Assembly: GCA_043732185.1 (NCBI GenBank)
Contig: JAYTHY010000129.1
Location: 1 to 50,706 of the forward strand
Reading direction: 5' to 3'
Length of the DNA stretch: 50,706 nucleotides
Origin: Fibrobacteria bacterium
Lineage (GTDB): Bacteria > Fibrobacterota > Fibrobacteria > UBA11236
Shown here: piece after piece, positions 11,418-20,377 of the stretch
How the letters are laid out: every line of letters starts with the position of its first letter
Position numbering within the stretch: the stretch's first letter is position 1
The notes under the pieces: generated by a model
The model's database searches: none
Told to the model about the DNA's origin: nothing
The model's input: only the letters and a program-made list of their open reading frames with translations
Program-made: the position numbers and the translations under genes

Positions 11418-12542
11418 TTACAGCACTTTCCCATGGTCTAAAACAAGGATCTTGTCAGCTGCAAAGGGCAGGTCAGCGGCGCGTGGATTGGCGATAAAAA
11501 CTTGACCTTGGCTGCGCACGAGATCGCCGATGCGACGGCGTCTATTTTCGTCCAACTCGGCAAATACATCATCCAGCAGCAAAATGGGAGGCCGCTGATT
11601 TTTAACCTCCAACAGTCGGGCCGATGCCAGCTTCAAACTCAAGGCCACGGACCTTTTTTGACCTTGTGATCCAAAATCGCGCACCGACTTTTCATTCAGG
11701 AAAAACCCCAGATCTTCACGGTGAGGCCCCGCTAAAGTCATGCCCGCATCGCGCTCGGTTTGTCGTAACGCATTCAGTTTGGCTAAAAATTGGGCGCACA
11801 ATTCCTGCCCATCTTCTGCGTCGGACACACTACCGGACAAGCGTATCCCTAAAGCTTCTCGACCATCTGAGATGGCGTGATAACTGTCCCGGGCAATGGG
11901 TGCCAAATCGGCAATCGCCTTTCGCCGGTATAGGGTAATCCGCGATCCAAGTTCGGTTAAAGGTCCATCATAGGCTGCAAGCACCTCGCTGTCAAAACCT
12001 TCCCGGCTGGAAGTCATTTGCTTGAGCAGGCTATTGCGCTGTTTCAGGCACTGGTTGTAACGCCGCAGCACATCGAGATAGTCCAGGGAAAATTGGCAGA
12101 GCAGCACATCCAAAAAGCGCCGGCGCAATTGTGGCCCACCGCGGATGAGATCCAAATCTTCCGGGCTAAAGGAAACTATGGAAAAATGGCCGATGAGATG
12201 GGATAAGCGTTTGCTTTCGATGCCATTCACCTTGACCCGCTTGTGACCCGATTCTAAAAATTCGACCGATTGAACGTGCTCCCTGGCCGCTTCAGTTTTA
12301 TCGACTGATTGTTCAAGCCGACCTTTAAGCCGCAGGACAAAGGCCTTCTGGCCCCAGTGGATCAGCTCTTTATCTTTACGCGTGCGCTGAGAATGGGCCA
12401 GGCAGCCATAATGCAGCGCTTCGAGTAGATTGGTCTTGCCATGGCCATTAGGCCCAGAAAGCAAATTGAGTCCAGGACAGAATGCAACCTCCTGTTCAAC
12501 AAAATTTCGAAAGTGCAAAAGTGAAAGGCTTTCCAAATGCAT
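11418..12542 (-). CDS. recF: DNA replication/repair protein RecF
   Basis: GPNGHGKTNLLEA, RRRFLD, GPHREDL, SQGQKR, LLLDDVFAELD. Confidence 0.97.
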   Translation of the reverse strand: MHLESLSLLHFRNFVEQEVAFCPGLNLLSGPNGHGKTNLLEALHYGCLAHSQRTRKDKELIHWGQKAFVLRLKGRLEQSVDKTEAAREHVQSVEFLESGHKRVKVNGIESKRLSHLIGHFSIVSFSPEDLDLIRGGPQLRRRFLDVLLCQFSLDYLDVLRRYNQCLKQRNSLLKQMTSSREGFDSEVLAAYDGPLTELGSRITLYRRKAIADLAPIARDSYHAISDGREALGIRLSGSVSDAEDGQELCAQFLAKLNALRQTERDAGMTLAGPHREDLGFFLNEKSVRDFGSQGQKRSVALSLKLASARLLEVKNQRPPILLLDDVFAELDENRRRRIGDLVRSQGQVFIANPRAADLPFAADKILVLDHGKVL

Positions 12543-12595
12543 TTTTCAAAAGTAGCATACCTGTGGACATCCCGCTTTTCTAATTTTGTACCAAG

Positions 12596-13249
12596 ATGAA
12601 ACCCTGGGTCAGAATGTTCTCGCTGGCTTTAACGTCGGTCCTTTTGGGCGGATGTGAGGATTGGCGCATGGAATCTTCCGCCCTCACGGCCCACCAATCG
12701 GAAATAGCCCAGGGCCCAAACTGCGCCAGCTGTCATGGTTACCCACTCAAAGACACCAACCATTATTTTCATCTATTAAAAACGGAAGCAAACAACCACA
12801 TCAACGGACCCATCACGTGTTTGGATTGCCATAGCACGGCCATGCGCTTTACGGACGTGACGCTTAAGGACACCCTTTACCGTGACAGCGTTGGTGGACG
12901 ATGGTCCACGCTCGAAAACCCAATAATGGCCAACAGACCTTCCATGGCCGATACCCTACGCACTTTTAGCCTAGACACCATCCTGGTATTAAATCAGCAC
13001 AGGCCTATCCGCATGCCCACTCGGGCTGGACCCCAGCTTAAGGTTTGGGAATACATGACTGGGTTAGCCCATCTGAACAATACCGTCGATGTCGTCTTCG
13101 ACAGCAATGTTTCTTCCCCCGAGGCATTTAATGGCCAGCGTGCGCAATTCAATCTCGCCCAGGAAACCTGCTCGGCTGTAGCTTGCCATGGCAATGCCAA
13201 AGCCTACCGCTGGGCGGCGCCTTCCAAAGGTTTGGATTCCTTGCCATAG
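12596..13249 (+). CDS. Multiheme c-type cytochrome lipoprotein (CxxCH / CxxxxCH type)
   Basis: Lipobox LGGC; CASCH, CLDCH and CSAVACH; the H.N..VDV motif of Geobacter-type CxxxxCH/CxxCH proteins. Confidence 0.8.
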   Translation: MKPWVRMFSLALTSVLLGGCEDWRMESSALTAHQSEIAQGPNCASCHGYPLKDTNHYFHLLKTEANNHINGPITCLDCHSTAMRFTDVTLKDTLYRDSVGGRWSTLENPIMANRPSMADTLRTFSLDTILVLNQHRPIRMPTRAGPQLKVWEYMTGLAHLNNTVDVVFDSNVSSPEAFNGQRAQFNLAQETCSAVACHGNAKAYRWAAPSKGLDSLP

Positions 13250-13258
13250 GCTGCCTCC

Positions 13259-13504
13259 ATGCTGCAATTTTTTTTACGCGCCGCCTGCATCACAACGCTT
13301 TTCACCCTAGTGGATTGCGCGCATCTGGAACGCATCCATTCGCATCTCAAGCGCGTGGAACAAAAAGATCGCGAACAGCTGAGCGATCCCATCATGCAAT
13401 TGATACCGGATCCCATGGGTAGCGGAATGGAAAGCCACAATCTTCCTCGCCGAGAAGGCTCAACGGGCGGCAGCTCCGGTTCCGGCGGTGGCTGCGGATG
13501 TTGA
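13259..13504 (+). CDS. DUF4266 family small lipoprotein
   Basis: Ends REGSTGGSSGSGGGCGC; lipobox-like LVDC; precedes a DUF3570 gene. Confidence 0.85.
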   Translation: MLQFFLRAACITTLFTLVDCAHLERIHSHLKRVEQKDREQLSDPIMQLIPDPMGSGMESHNLPRREGSTGGSSGSGGGCGC

Positions 13505-14682
13505 AAAAAGTTTTCTTGTCCCTCTGGCTGGCCAGTTTGATTCTCCCAAATTTGGCCACTGCCAACACCACCACTGATAATGGTCTGGAGATGAAATACC
13601 TGTATTATTGGGACAAAAATGGTGTCTGGAACCATACGCCTGCATTCTCATTTTTCAAAAAACTGTCCAGCAGTCTAAAACTTAACTGGGATCAGGAGCT
13701 TGACATGGTCTCGGGCGCGTCCCGTCGATTGGGCTGGAATAAAATCGGAATTCTCGGTGACAATCAGATCAAGCTCGACGGATTGAGCAGCGCTTCGAAA
13801 CGGGAAATCCGCCACTCTGAACAAGCCACACTGGCCTACTCCCGGCAAGGACTCAGTGCTTCCGCTTCGTTCTACTTCAGCGATGAACGCGACTACCGTT
13901 CCTATTCGCCCGCCTTTTCCGTATCCTGGGATTTCAACGATCGCAACACCACGCTCGGCGCCGCCGGGGCACAGTTCTGGGATGCACTAAGGCCGGTAGG
14001 TCCTTTCGCTTACCTTGGTGGCCAAAGGGCCATCACTTCAGCCAGCCTTTCCGTAACCCAGGTGCTCACACCTTTATGTCTCGTCTCCTTTACGCTCAAT
14101 AGCATTCATAGCACCGGCTATCTGGGCCATCCCTACAACCCGGTCATCACGTCCACGGGAAATCTCGTCCTCGAAAACCTACCGGACCGCAGAAGCACCT
14201 TGGCCTTCTCAGGCAAATTGATTCAAGGCTATCAACTTTTCCATCAACTGGGTTCCGTGCATCTTGAGGCTAGACATTACCGGGACGATTGGGACCTGAT
14301 ATCCAACACCGTCGATGCAGAGTGGTACCAATACTTTATGGACGGCGCCTGGATGCGTTTACGGGCCCGCGGGTATAAGCAAGGGGCCGCCGCTTTCGCA
14401 CGCACCCGCTATGACGGATCGGAAGTGTATCGCACACCGGACATGCGCTATTACGCTTTCTCTACCCTAACCGTTGGATTAAAAGTCGGGTCGCGTTTTC
14501 CTGAGAGCTGGACCGAATCCGCCCTGCTTCCGGATAGGTGGGATATTAGCTATGACCATGGCATTAGAGACACCAAAGGGGAATTGGACGGGATAAACCC
14601 AACCTACCGGTACCAATTGTTCTCGCCAGATGAGTATTATATTCAAGGCACCTTTATGGCCGGTTTGGGTTTTGATTTTTAA
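13498..14682 (+). CDS. DUF3570 family outer-membrane beta-barrel protein
   Basis: DMVSGAS and DGLSSAS motifs, SDERDY.S, ENLPD.R, YRDDW, terminal Phe. Confidence 0.85.
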   Translation: MLKKVFLSLWLASLILPNLATANTTTDNGLEMKYLYYWDKNGVWNHTPAFSFFKKLSSSLKLNWDQELDMVSGASRRLGWNKIGILGDNQIKLDGLSSASKREIRHSEQATLAYSRQGLSASASFYFSDERDYRSYSPAFSVSWDFNDRNTTLGAAGAQFWDALRPVGPFAYLGGQRAITSASLSVTQVLTPLCLVSFTLNSIHSTGYLGHPYNPVITSTGNLVLENLPDRRSTLAFSGKLIQGYQLFHQLGSVHLEARHYRDDWDLISNTVDAEWYQYFMDGAWMRLRARGYKQGAAAFARTRYDGSEVYRTPDMRYYAFSTLTVGLKVGSRFPESWTESALLPDRWDISYDHGIRDTKGELDGINPTYRYQLFSPDEYYIQGTFMAGLGFDF

Positions 14683-14712
14683 TTGGGTTTTTGATTTTTA
14701 AGGAGCGACTCG

Positions 14713-15258
14713 ATGCACGGATTGTACCGTAACCGGCGTATTACCCAAGGCTTTTCCTCTTTGAGTTTGGGCCTGATCCTAGCCTTTACCTTTACTAGTC
14801 TGGTTCCCACGACCGCCCCAGCCGCACCCTTAAAAATCTTGCCGACTTTTAAACTGCCAAACCTGGATGGCAAACTTCAGGAAACCAAGGAGTGGAAGGG
14901 CAAAGTGGTGGTTCTCGATTTCTGGGCGACTTGGTGCACGGGCTGCCGAGAAACCATTCCAATATTGAACCGCCTGGGGGACAAATTCAAAGCCCAAGGT
15001 CTTGTCATTGCAGGAGTCAGTTTGGACAAAGACCCCAAAGAAAAAGTGGCAAAGTTCAGCCGAAAATTGAAGATGAATTACCTGATTCTCTTGGACGCGG
15101 AAGACTCTTTATCCAAGATTTTCGGATTTGAAGGGTTGCCGTCCGTTTATGTATTCGGTCGGGATGGCAACTTACTTAAAGCCATGCCGGGCTATACGGC
15201 TTCGCAGGAAAAGGAATTGGAAGCGTTAGTGGAAGGGCAGTTTCCGCCCTCCCCTTGA
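14713..15258 (+). CDS. TlpA-family thioredoxin-like disulfide reductase
   Basis: VVLDFWATWCTGC and GLP cis-Pro motif; N-terminal signal or anchor. Confidence 0.92.
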   Translation: MHGLYRNRRITQGFSSLSLGLILAFTFTSLVPTTAPAAPLKILPTFKLPNLDGKLQETKEWKGKVVVLDFWATWCTGCRETIPILNRLGDKFKAQGLVIAGVSLDKDPKEKVAKFSRKLKMNYLILLDAEDSLSKIFGFEGLPSVYVFGRDGNLLKAMPGYTASQEKELEALVEGQFPPSP

Positions 15259-15264
15259 AACCAT

Positions 15265-15969
15265 TTACTTGGATACGTTCCAAGTTTGCGTTTTGACTTC
15301 CTCACCCACTTTGAGTTTGAATACACCGGCCCCAGCCAAACGTTCCAATCGGTTGGAAAAAACCGACAGTTGATGGGAACCTGCGCCATAGCTGCCTTCC
15401 AAGAGCGTTGCGATAAGTCGGCCTTGCGTGTCAAAGGCTTCGAGCACCACAGATTGTGTTTCTTTCAGGGCGAAGCCGATTTCCACGGCGCGCGAGCCGG
15501 GGTTGAATTCCATTGACAGGGCTTTGGAATCCTTGGCTGCGGAGGCGATACCCGTGGCGGTGGCTACGGTGAACGTCTGATTTACGAGAACATAAGGAGC
15601 ACTGCCTTCCGGAGCGGAAACGTTATTCGCATTTGTGCAAGTAACTCCTGACATTTGACATATTCGCAATTTGCCCATGGTTGACACCTGATTGGCTGTT
15701 ACGGTCCAGCTATAAGTATTGGCGCCTGCTGCATCCTGAAAGTTATTGATTAGGCTTGTCCAAGTGGCCCCACCATCCTTGGAATAACCGATATCAGTTT
15801 TTCCTGAGTGAAACACTCCCACCGTCCACTGTACGTCTACCTTATCGCCGACATGCACAGTTCCGCCACCAGCAGGCTTTAAGGATCCGGGGGCAAGATG
15901 CGCGCCAGCGAAGGTTGCCATTCCTAGCAAAGCCAATCCGATCAAAGAACCCATTCTGTACATGTTCAT
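15265..15969 (-). CDS. Secreted Ig-like protein with an FlgD/T9SS-like C-terminal sorting domain
   Basis: ATG at 15969 with GGAG RBS; signal peptide ending AGA|H; YSKDGGATW; tail V.L..FDTQGRLIATL. Confidence 0.75.
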   Translation of the reverse strand: MNMYRMGSLIGLALLGMATFAGAHLAPGSLKPAGGGTVHVGDKVDVQWTVGVFHSGKTDIGYSKDGGATWTSLINNFQDAAGANTYSWTVTANQVSTMGKLRICQMSGVTCTNANNVSAPEGSAPYVLVNQTFTVATATGIASAAKDSKALSMEFNPGSRAVEIGFALKETQSVVLEAFDTQGRLIATLLEGSYGAGSHQLSVFSNRLERLAGAGVFKLKVGEEVKTQTWNVSK

Positions 15970-16083
15970 TTGTGACTCCATTTTTTGAGAATTTTTGTCG
16001 ATCCAGTCTACAAAGAAGATAACCAACAATTTGCCAATTTGGCGGAACTGGGGATTTAACCCATTCTCGGGCGTTCGACACCC

Positions 16084-16965
16084 TCAGGGTAATTTCGGGG
16101 GATCTCGCAGGGCTACCGGTGGCTCTTTAGGTAATTCCGTGTCCGGTCCTTGAATATATTCCGATTCGCCCGAGGGCTCTTTCCCATCGCGCCATCTGTC
16201 ATCTTCCCAAACCAATTGCCAGACGGTTGGAAATGGACCCACGTCAAATTCGGAACGCGCCGGGTAATGCATATCAGCGCCTTTATCGTGATAGGCCGGC
16301 TTGTCGATACGAAGAATGGGCAGATTCGCTTTAGGCGCTTTTTCTCCCTTGATGAAAAAATTCGGGCAACCGCCTTTCAAATTTTTCGGCTGCCACACGC
16401 CTGTGACGGGAATATCCTCTCCATCCTTGATGAAAATATCCTGGGTGAGTGGGTAACCGCCGATTTGGCTTGGAAATTTGAACTTGGAGACATCGAAAAG
16501 TGGGTATGTTAAACGACCACCAAGCGTTCCCTTATTCATACCGGCCATGGGAATAACCTTATCGATCCAGCACCAAAGCGCTTGTGGCGGGTTTCCATAG
16601 CCATTGTATCCCAATGGACCAAACTCATAATCATCGACGCGAAGAGTGAACGGATCCCGGAATGACATCGCGCCACGAATCAATTTAAACCCATTATCAT
16701 CAGCCTTACGCAGCCGCGCTAAGCCTTCGCGAAGGTCGTCTATATCGCTGTAACAAACTCGCAAAAAATCTGGGAAGCTACCTGTACCCGATCCTTTCCC
16801 TACATAGTCGTTAAACCCTTTAGTGAATGCTTCCAGCATTTCCGTCATCCTTGAGATGTAGGTCACTGAAGTATGGCGACAATGCAGCCAAAATATTTTC
16901 TGCAGCGTTTTGTAATCCGGAACGTAATCACCATCTTTCAAACGCGTTCGACTATCCATTGTCAA
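16084..16965 (-). CDS. Imm71/Imm72-type immunity protein
   Basis: IFWLHCRHTS.TY N-domain; IPVTGVWQP, GCPNFF, WQLVWEDDRWRDG (WxDxR motif of Imm72); 6 bp downstream of the toxin. Confidence 0.75.
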   Translation of the reverse strand: MTMDSRTRLKDGDYVPDYKTLQKIFWLHCRHTSVTYISRMTEMLEAFTKGFNDYVGKGSGTGSFPDFLRVCYSDIDDLREGLARLRKADDNGFKLIRGAMSFRDPFTLRVDDYEFGPLGYNGYGNPPQALWCWIDKVIPMAGMNKGTLGGRLTYPLFDVSKFKFPSQIGGYPLTQDIFIKDGEDIPVTGVWQPKNLKGGCPNFFIKGEKAPKANLPILRIDKPAYHDKGADMHYPARSEFDVGPFPTVWQLVWEDDRWRDGKEPSGESEYIQGPDTELPKEPPVALRDPPKLP

Positions 16966-16971
16966 CCTCTT

Positions 16972-18777
16972 TCATTCTTCTTGACGCTTTTTACGAGAGG
17001 ATTTCTCCATTATTGTGGCCTTCAGCCGATTTTTACTTTCCACTTCAAAAGGACCTAAATAGTCAGCCTCTGCGTTCATTTTAGGTATGTGCAGGCCAGT
17101 GTAAGTGTCGGTCCATTCTGTTGGCTTTTTTTTCAATAATATTTCTACTGGTATATCCAGTTTTATTAAATGATCATTTAAGACTTTGGCATTATTGGGA
17201 TGGTTCATATCGATGAAAAGCTGAGTATGCCCACCCGGTAAGTATTGTCCTAATGTAGCGGGTGCTTTGGGCGAGTTTTCTATCTGACTTGAGGCTTTTC
17301 CTTCCCATGCCCAAAGGCCGGAATCGGGAACCGTCATTTCAACGAAGTAACCATCTTTATTCCATGAGTCCAATACGGCCAAACCCTCGCGCCACTCTTT
17401 ACCCGATTCCGGCAAGGTAAAGACCCACCATTCGCCAGCGACTCGACTGTCTTCGTCAACAATGCGATAAATCTTCTGGCCAGGCGGAATCTTGACAGCC
17501 CGAACGGGGCCGCTGAAACAAGGGATGACTTTGTAGACGACTCTCTCTGGATCTGACTTGTCCACATACTTCCCACTCGACAAATCCGGCCAATCATCCC
17601 GCCTAACAAACGACTCCCGACCATTTTGCGGGAAGCGCATGTTCTCCACCACCCACTTTTTACCATCCGGCACATCAACAAGCCGAGCTTCGATTTCCCG
17701 GGTCGAGGATTTCAAATTCTTCGGAATCTCATGCCAATCGCCGTTGTAAACCTGACGCTGCGCCGCCTTGAGGCGCTCGTTCAATTCCTTTAAAGCATCG
17801 GGGATCTTCGCTTCGCCCTTTTGCGCCAACTCCTGAACCTGGGTTTTAAGTTTCCCTACATATTCCAGCATTTTAGGCGATAGAACACTCTTGAGGCTCG
17901 ACTGTAGCGAGTCAAAAACCAAGTCCAATCGTCGGGTCAACTCACGCCAACGCCCCAACAATTCCCCAGCATAGCTTTCCAGGTTCAACTCTTGCGCCCA
18001 TTTCCGCGCATTACCTAGGCCAGTTCGATTGAGAATGGCCACGATTTCCTGAATGTGCTTGGAAGCTTCCGCAGCCTCCTTGCCGCCTTTAAGAAGAAGC
18101 TTTCCAACCCCTTTGATAGCTCCGCCGATGACGGGGATAAGTGCGAAAAGCATGACGACCAGGGCAAGCCATTCCAGCTTACTTTCCCTTTTCTTGGGAT
18201 CATGGGCCATACCAATAATAATGGCCAGAATGTCACGCACCGCTGTCACGTCCCCGACCAAGGGAATCATGCCGATCAAGGCATCAACAACAATTTGGCT
18301 GACCGTTTGCTTTTGGTTGAAGCCACCCTTAGCTGTACCCCAAATCCAATCCACGGCCTCTATCCCAAACGCGATGGCATCGGGAGGTGTTGGACCACGT
18401 TTGGCATGCGGATCCGATAAGGAATCCGCGTCTGACTTGGTAAAGTGCGCTATATAAGCAGGATTGGTGCCATCATCGACAATTTCATAAGGCTTAGGAT
18501 CCGGTCCGTATCGGACGCGTATCGGCCTTGATCGCGTTCCACGCACCTCAGCTTGGCCGGAATCATCCAGGTGGCCGCGCAGTACGCTACCATCCTCCAG
18601 TTCCACTTCATATTCCGCACCGGCAACGGGAACGTCATCGTGATAGAGATGGTTTAGCTGGAGGACGGGAACTTTAAAGGTGATGTGATGCGTTTTACCG
18701 GTTGCGAAACGGGCAGGCTTTGAGGGTTTGCCGTCAAAGCCTAATTCAATTTCGTGATGTTCTTCGTGTTGCGCCAT
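16972..18777 (-). CDS. Polymorphic toxin / T6SS-type effector with FIX-like domain and TNT/ART-like C-terminal toxin domain
   Basis: TTR-like P.AGAEY...DG....G.LD..G.A; FIX-like WIWGTAKGGFN..QIVVD.LIGMIP.VGDVTAVRD; C-terminal YRI..GEWW..LAV..WN..GG.TQ. Confidence 0.75.
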   Translation of the reverse strand: MAQHEEHHEIELGFDGKPSKPARFATGKTHHITFKVPVLQLNHLYHDDVPVAGAEYEVELEDGSVLRGHLDDSGQAEVRGTRSRPIRVRYGPDPKPYEIVDDGTNPAYIAHFTKSDADSLSDPHAKRGPTPPDAIAFGIEAVDWIWGTAKGGFNQKQTVSQIVVDALIGMIPLVGDVTAVRDILAIIIGMAHDPKKRESKLEWLALVVMLFALIPVIGGAIKGVGKLLLKGGKEAAEASKHIQEIVAILNRTGLGNARKWAQELNLESYAGELLGRWRELTRRLDLVFDSLQSSLKSVLSPKMLEYVGKLKTQVQELAQKGEAKIPDALKELNERLKAAQRQVYNGDWHEIPKNLKSSTREIEARLVDVPDGKKWVVENMRFPQNGRESFVRRDDWPDLSSGKYVDKSDPERVVYKVIPCFSGPVRAVKIPPGQKIYRIVDEDSRVAGEWWVFTLPESGKEWREGLAVLDSWNKDGYFVEMTVPDSGLWAWEGKASSQIENSPKAPATLGQYLPGGHTQLFIDMNHPNNAKVLNDHLIKLDIPVEILLKKKPTEWTDTYTGLHIPKMNAEADYLGPFEVESKNRLKATIMEKSSRKKRQEE

Positions 18778-18954
18778 CGATTAACGGACCCATTCAAAAG
18801 GAATCTTCAAAACTTTATGCGACGTTTAAAATTTAAAATACTTACTTGGAATTGCCTGTGACCGCGCTCACCTTCCCGCGCTAAGTTTTGATTTCCCGTA
18901 CGGGCAGAAAAAAGATTGTAAAAAAGGGTTCGAACTTTATTGTTTAAAAGGCTT

Positions 18955-20331
18955 TTATCGCTTGAACGGCGCCACAACGGAATCGACGGGTACAGCTCCC
19001 AACCTCTCCAAAAGTTGCCAGGTGGTCGTGCTTTCCCGACCCTGTACATTCCGGGCTGAAAACCTAAACGCATACAATCCCGGAGGCGTTGCCACACCCG
19101 CTTCATCCCTACCCTCCCAGCGTATGAGGCGCGGAGGCAAATCCTTTCCTTCAAAAACCTTTACGCGCTCGCCCGTTTGGCCTCGCGTTCCCACCGCATG
19201 CACGGCCAGCGTCCAATCCTTAATAGGCGCACCGGTAGACAATTGGAAATACACCTGTATCTCTCCAGTCGAATCCGGCCTTAGCATCAACTTATCAGCC
19301 TGCACTTCCAACAGGAGAGGAAGCGCATTCAGTTTGTCGCTGCGATGAAAACTAAAGGACAGGGAATGGGACGGCCCGTGCTCGCCGATCACATCATCGC
19401 TGTTACCGGAATCAAAAGTATAACCGCCTATGATTCCGCCCATGCCGGCGGGAAAATTGAGAAAGGATCCGAATGCGAATCCTGGATGACCCCGATGGGG
19501 GATCAAAAAAGTACCTCGGAGAGCCAGCTTTCCTTCGGGTAAAAAAGCCGCGCCTAGGGAAAAAGCATGTGCGAAATTGGAGGGTGGCGTGCCCCAAGTA
19601 CGCATTTCGTAGAAGGCGTTTGGATCGTGGAAGCGGATTTTCAGCATGTCTATGACGGGGCGACGGAAGCCTACGGCCACAAGGTAACTTCGCAGTGTCC
19701 GGTAACCGCCCGGTTCCTGGCCAACTCCCGACTCTTCTAAATTTCGGATTGCCATTCCCGCCCAAATCGATTTGCGGGGTCTAAGCAGCGCACCCACATC
19801 CACATCTACGCCAAAACCCTTGAGCCCCAGGCCCGATCCAATACCCTGGCTATGGACGGAAACGCCCAGCGCTGCCTTGGGATCGATATCCCACGAACCG
19901 CCGACCAATATACCCTGTCGTGCTGCGCCGCCCACCTCCCCGCTTCCGGTGGACATTGTGGTGGGCGAAGATCCCGACCTTCCATCGAAATAGTAACCGA
20001 GTGCATAGGTGCTGTGCTCGCCGACATTTGAACCATACAGAAAATACGGCGACATGCCGCTGGAAAGACCCATCATACCGGCCTCGGCTTCAAACCCATC
20101 GGAAATGGAAAGCGCTGCCGGATTTATGAATAAGGCATTTGGCCCCGACCTAAAAGCCACACCTCCACCGGAAAAGGCACCCGCACCGGTTCCGAGTGGT
20201 GGCTCCGGCAAGATTGAACGCGACTGTGCATTTAGCACGAGCGCACAAATCGCCACAGACAATGTTGCGACGCTCCGATAGGCAGAGATGTTTCTAAGGC
20301 TCGCAGTGGTCAGCGGGGTACGGCTTTTCAC
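18955..20331 (-). CDS. PorV/FadL-like beta-barrel with a C-terminal FlgD-like Ig domain
   Basis: ALFINPAAL, GVDVDVGAL, and C-terminal WTL....P..IRWEGRDEAG....G.Y. Confidence 0.6.
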   Translation of the reverse strand: MKSRTPLTTASLRNISAYRSVATLSVAICALVLNAQSRSILPEPPLGTGAGAFSGGGVAFRSGPNALFINPAALSISDGFEAEAGMMGLSSGMSPYFLYGSNVGEHSTYALGYYFDGRSGSSPTTMSTGSGEVGGAARQGILVGGSWDIDPKAALGVSVHSQGIGSGLGLKGFGVDVDVGALLRPRKSIWAGMAIRNLEESGVGQEPGGYRTLRSYLVAVGFRRPVIDMLKIRFHDPNAFYEMRTWGTPPSNFAHAFSLGAAFLPEGKLALRGTFLIPHRGHPGFAFGSFLNFPAGMGGIIGGYTFDSGNSDDVIGEHGPSHSLSFSFHRSDKLNALPLLLEVQADKLMLRPDSTGEIQVYFQLSTGAPIKDWTLAVHAVGTRGQTGERVKVFEGKDLPPRLIRWEGRDEAGVATPPGLYAFRFSARNVQGRESTTTWQLLERLGAVPVDSVVAPFKR

Positions 20332-20377
20332 CTAGGGATTATAAGGTCCCGCACCGCCAGGTTGCAACCGCTTACGG

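Noticed and set aside
13496..13540. Selenocysteine read-through at GCGC-TGA of DUF4266
   Set aside because: The family normally ends at about this position, the TGA is explained by overlap with the DUF3570 start, and there is no convincing SECIS.
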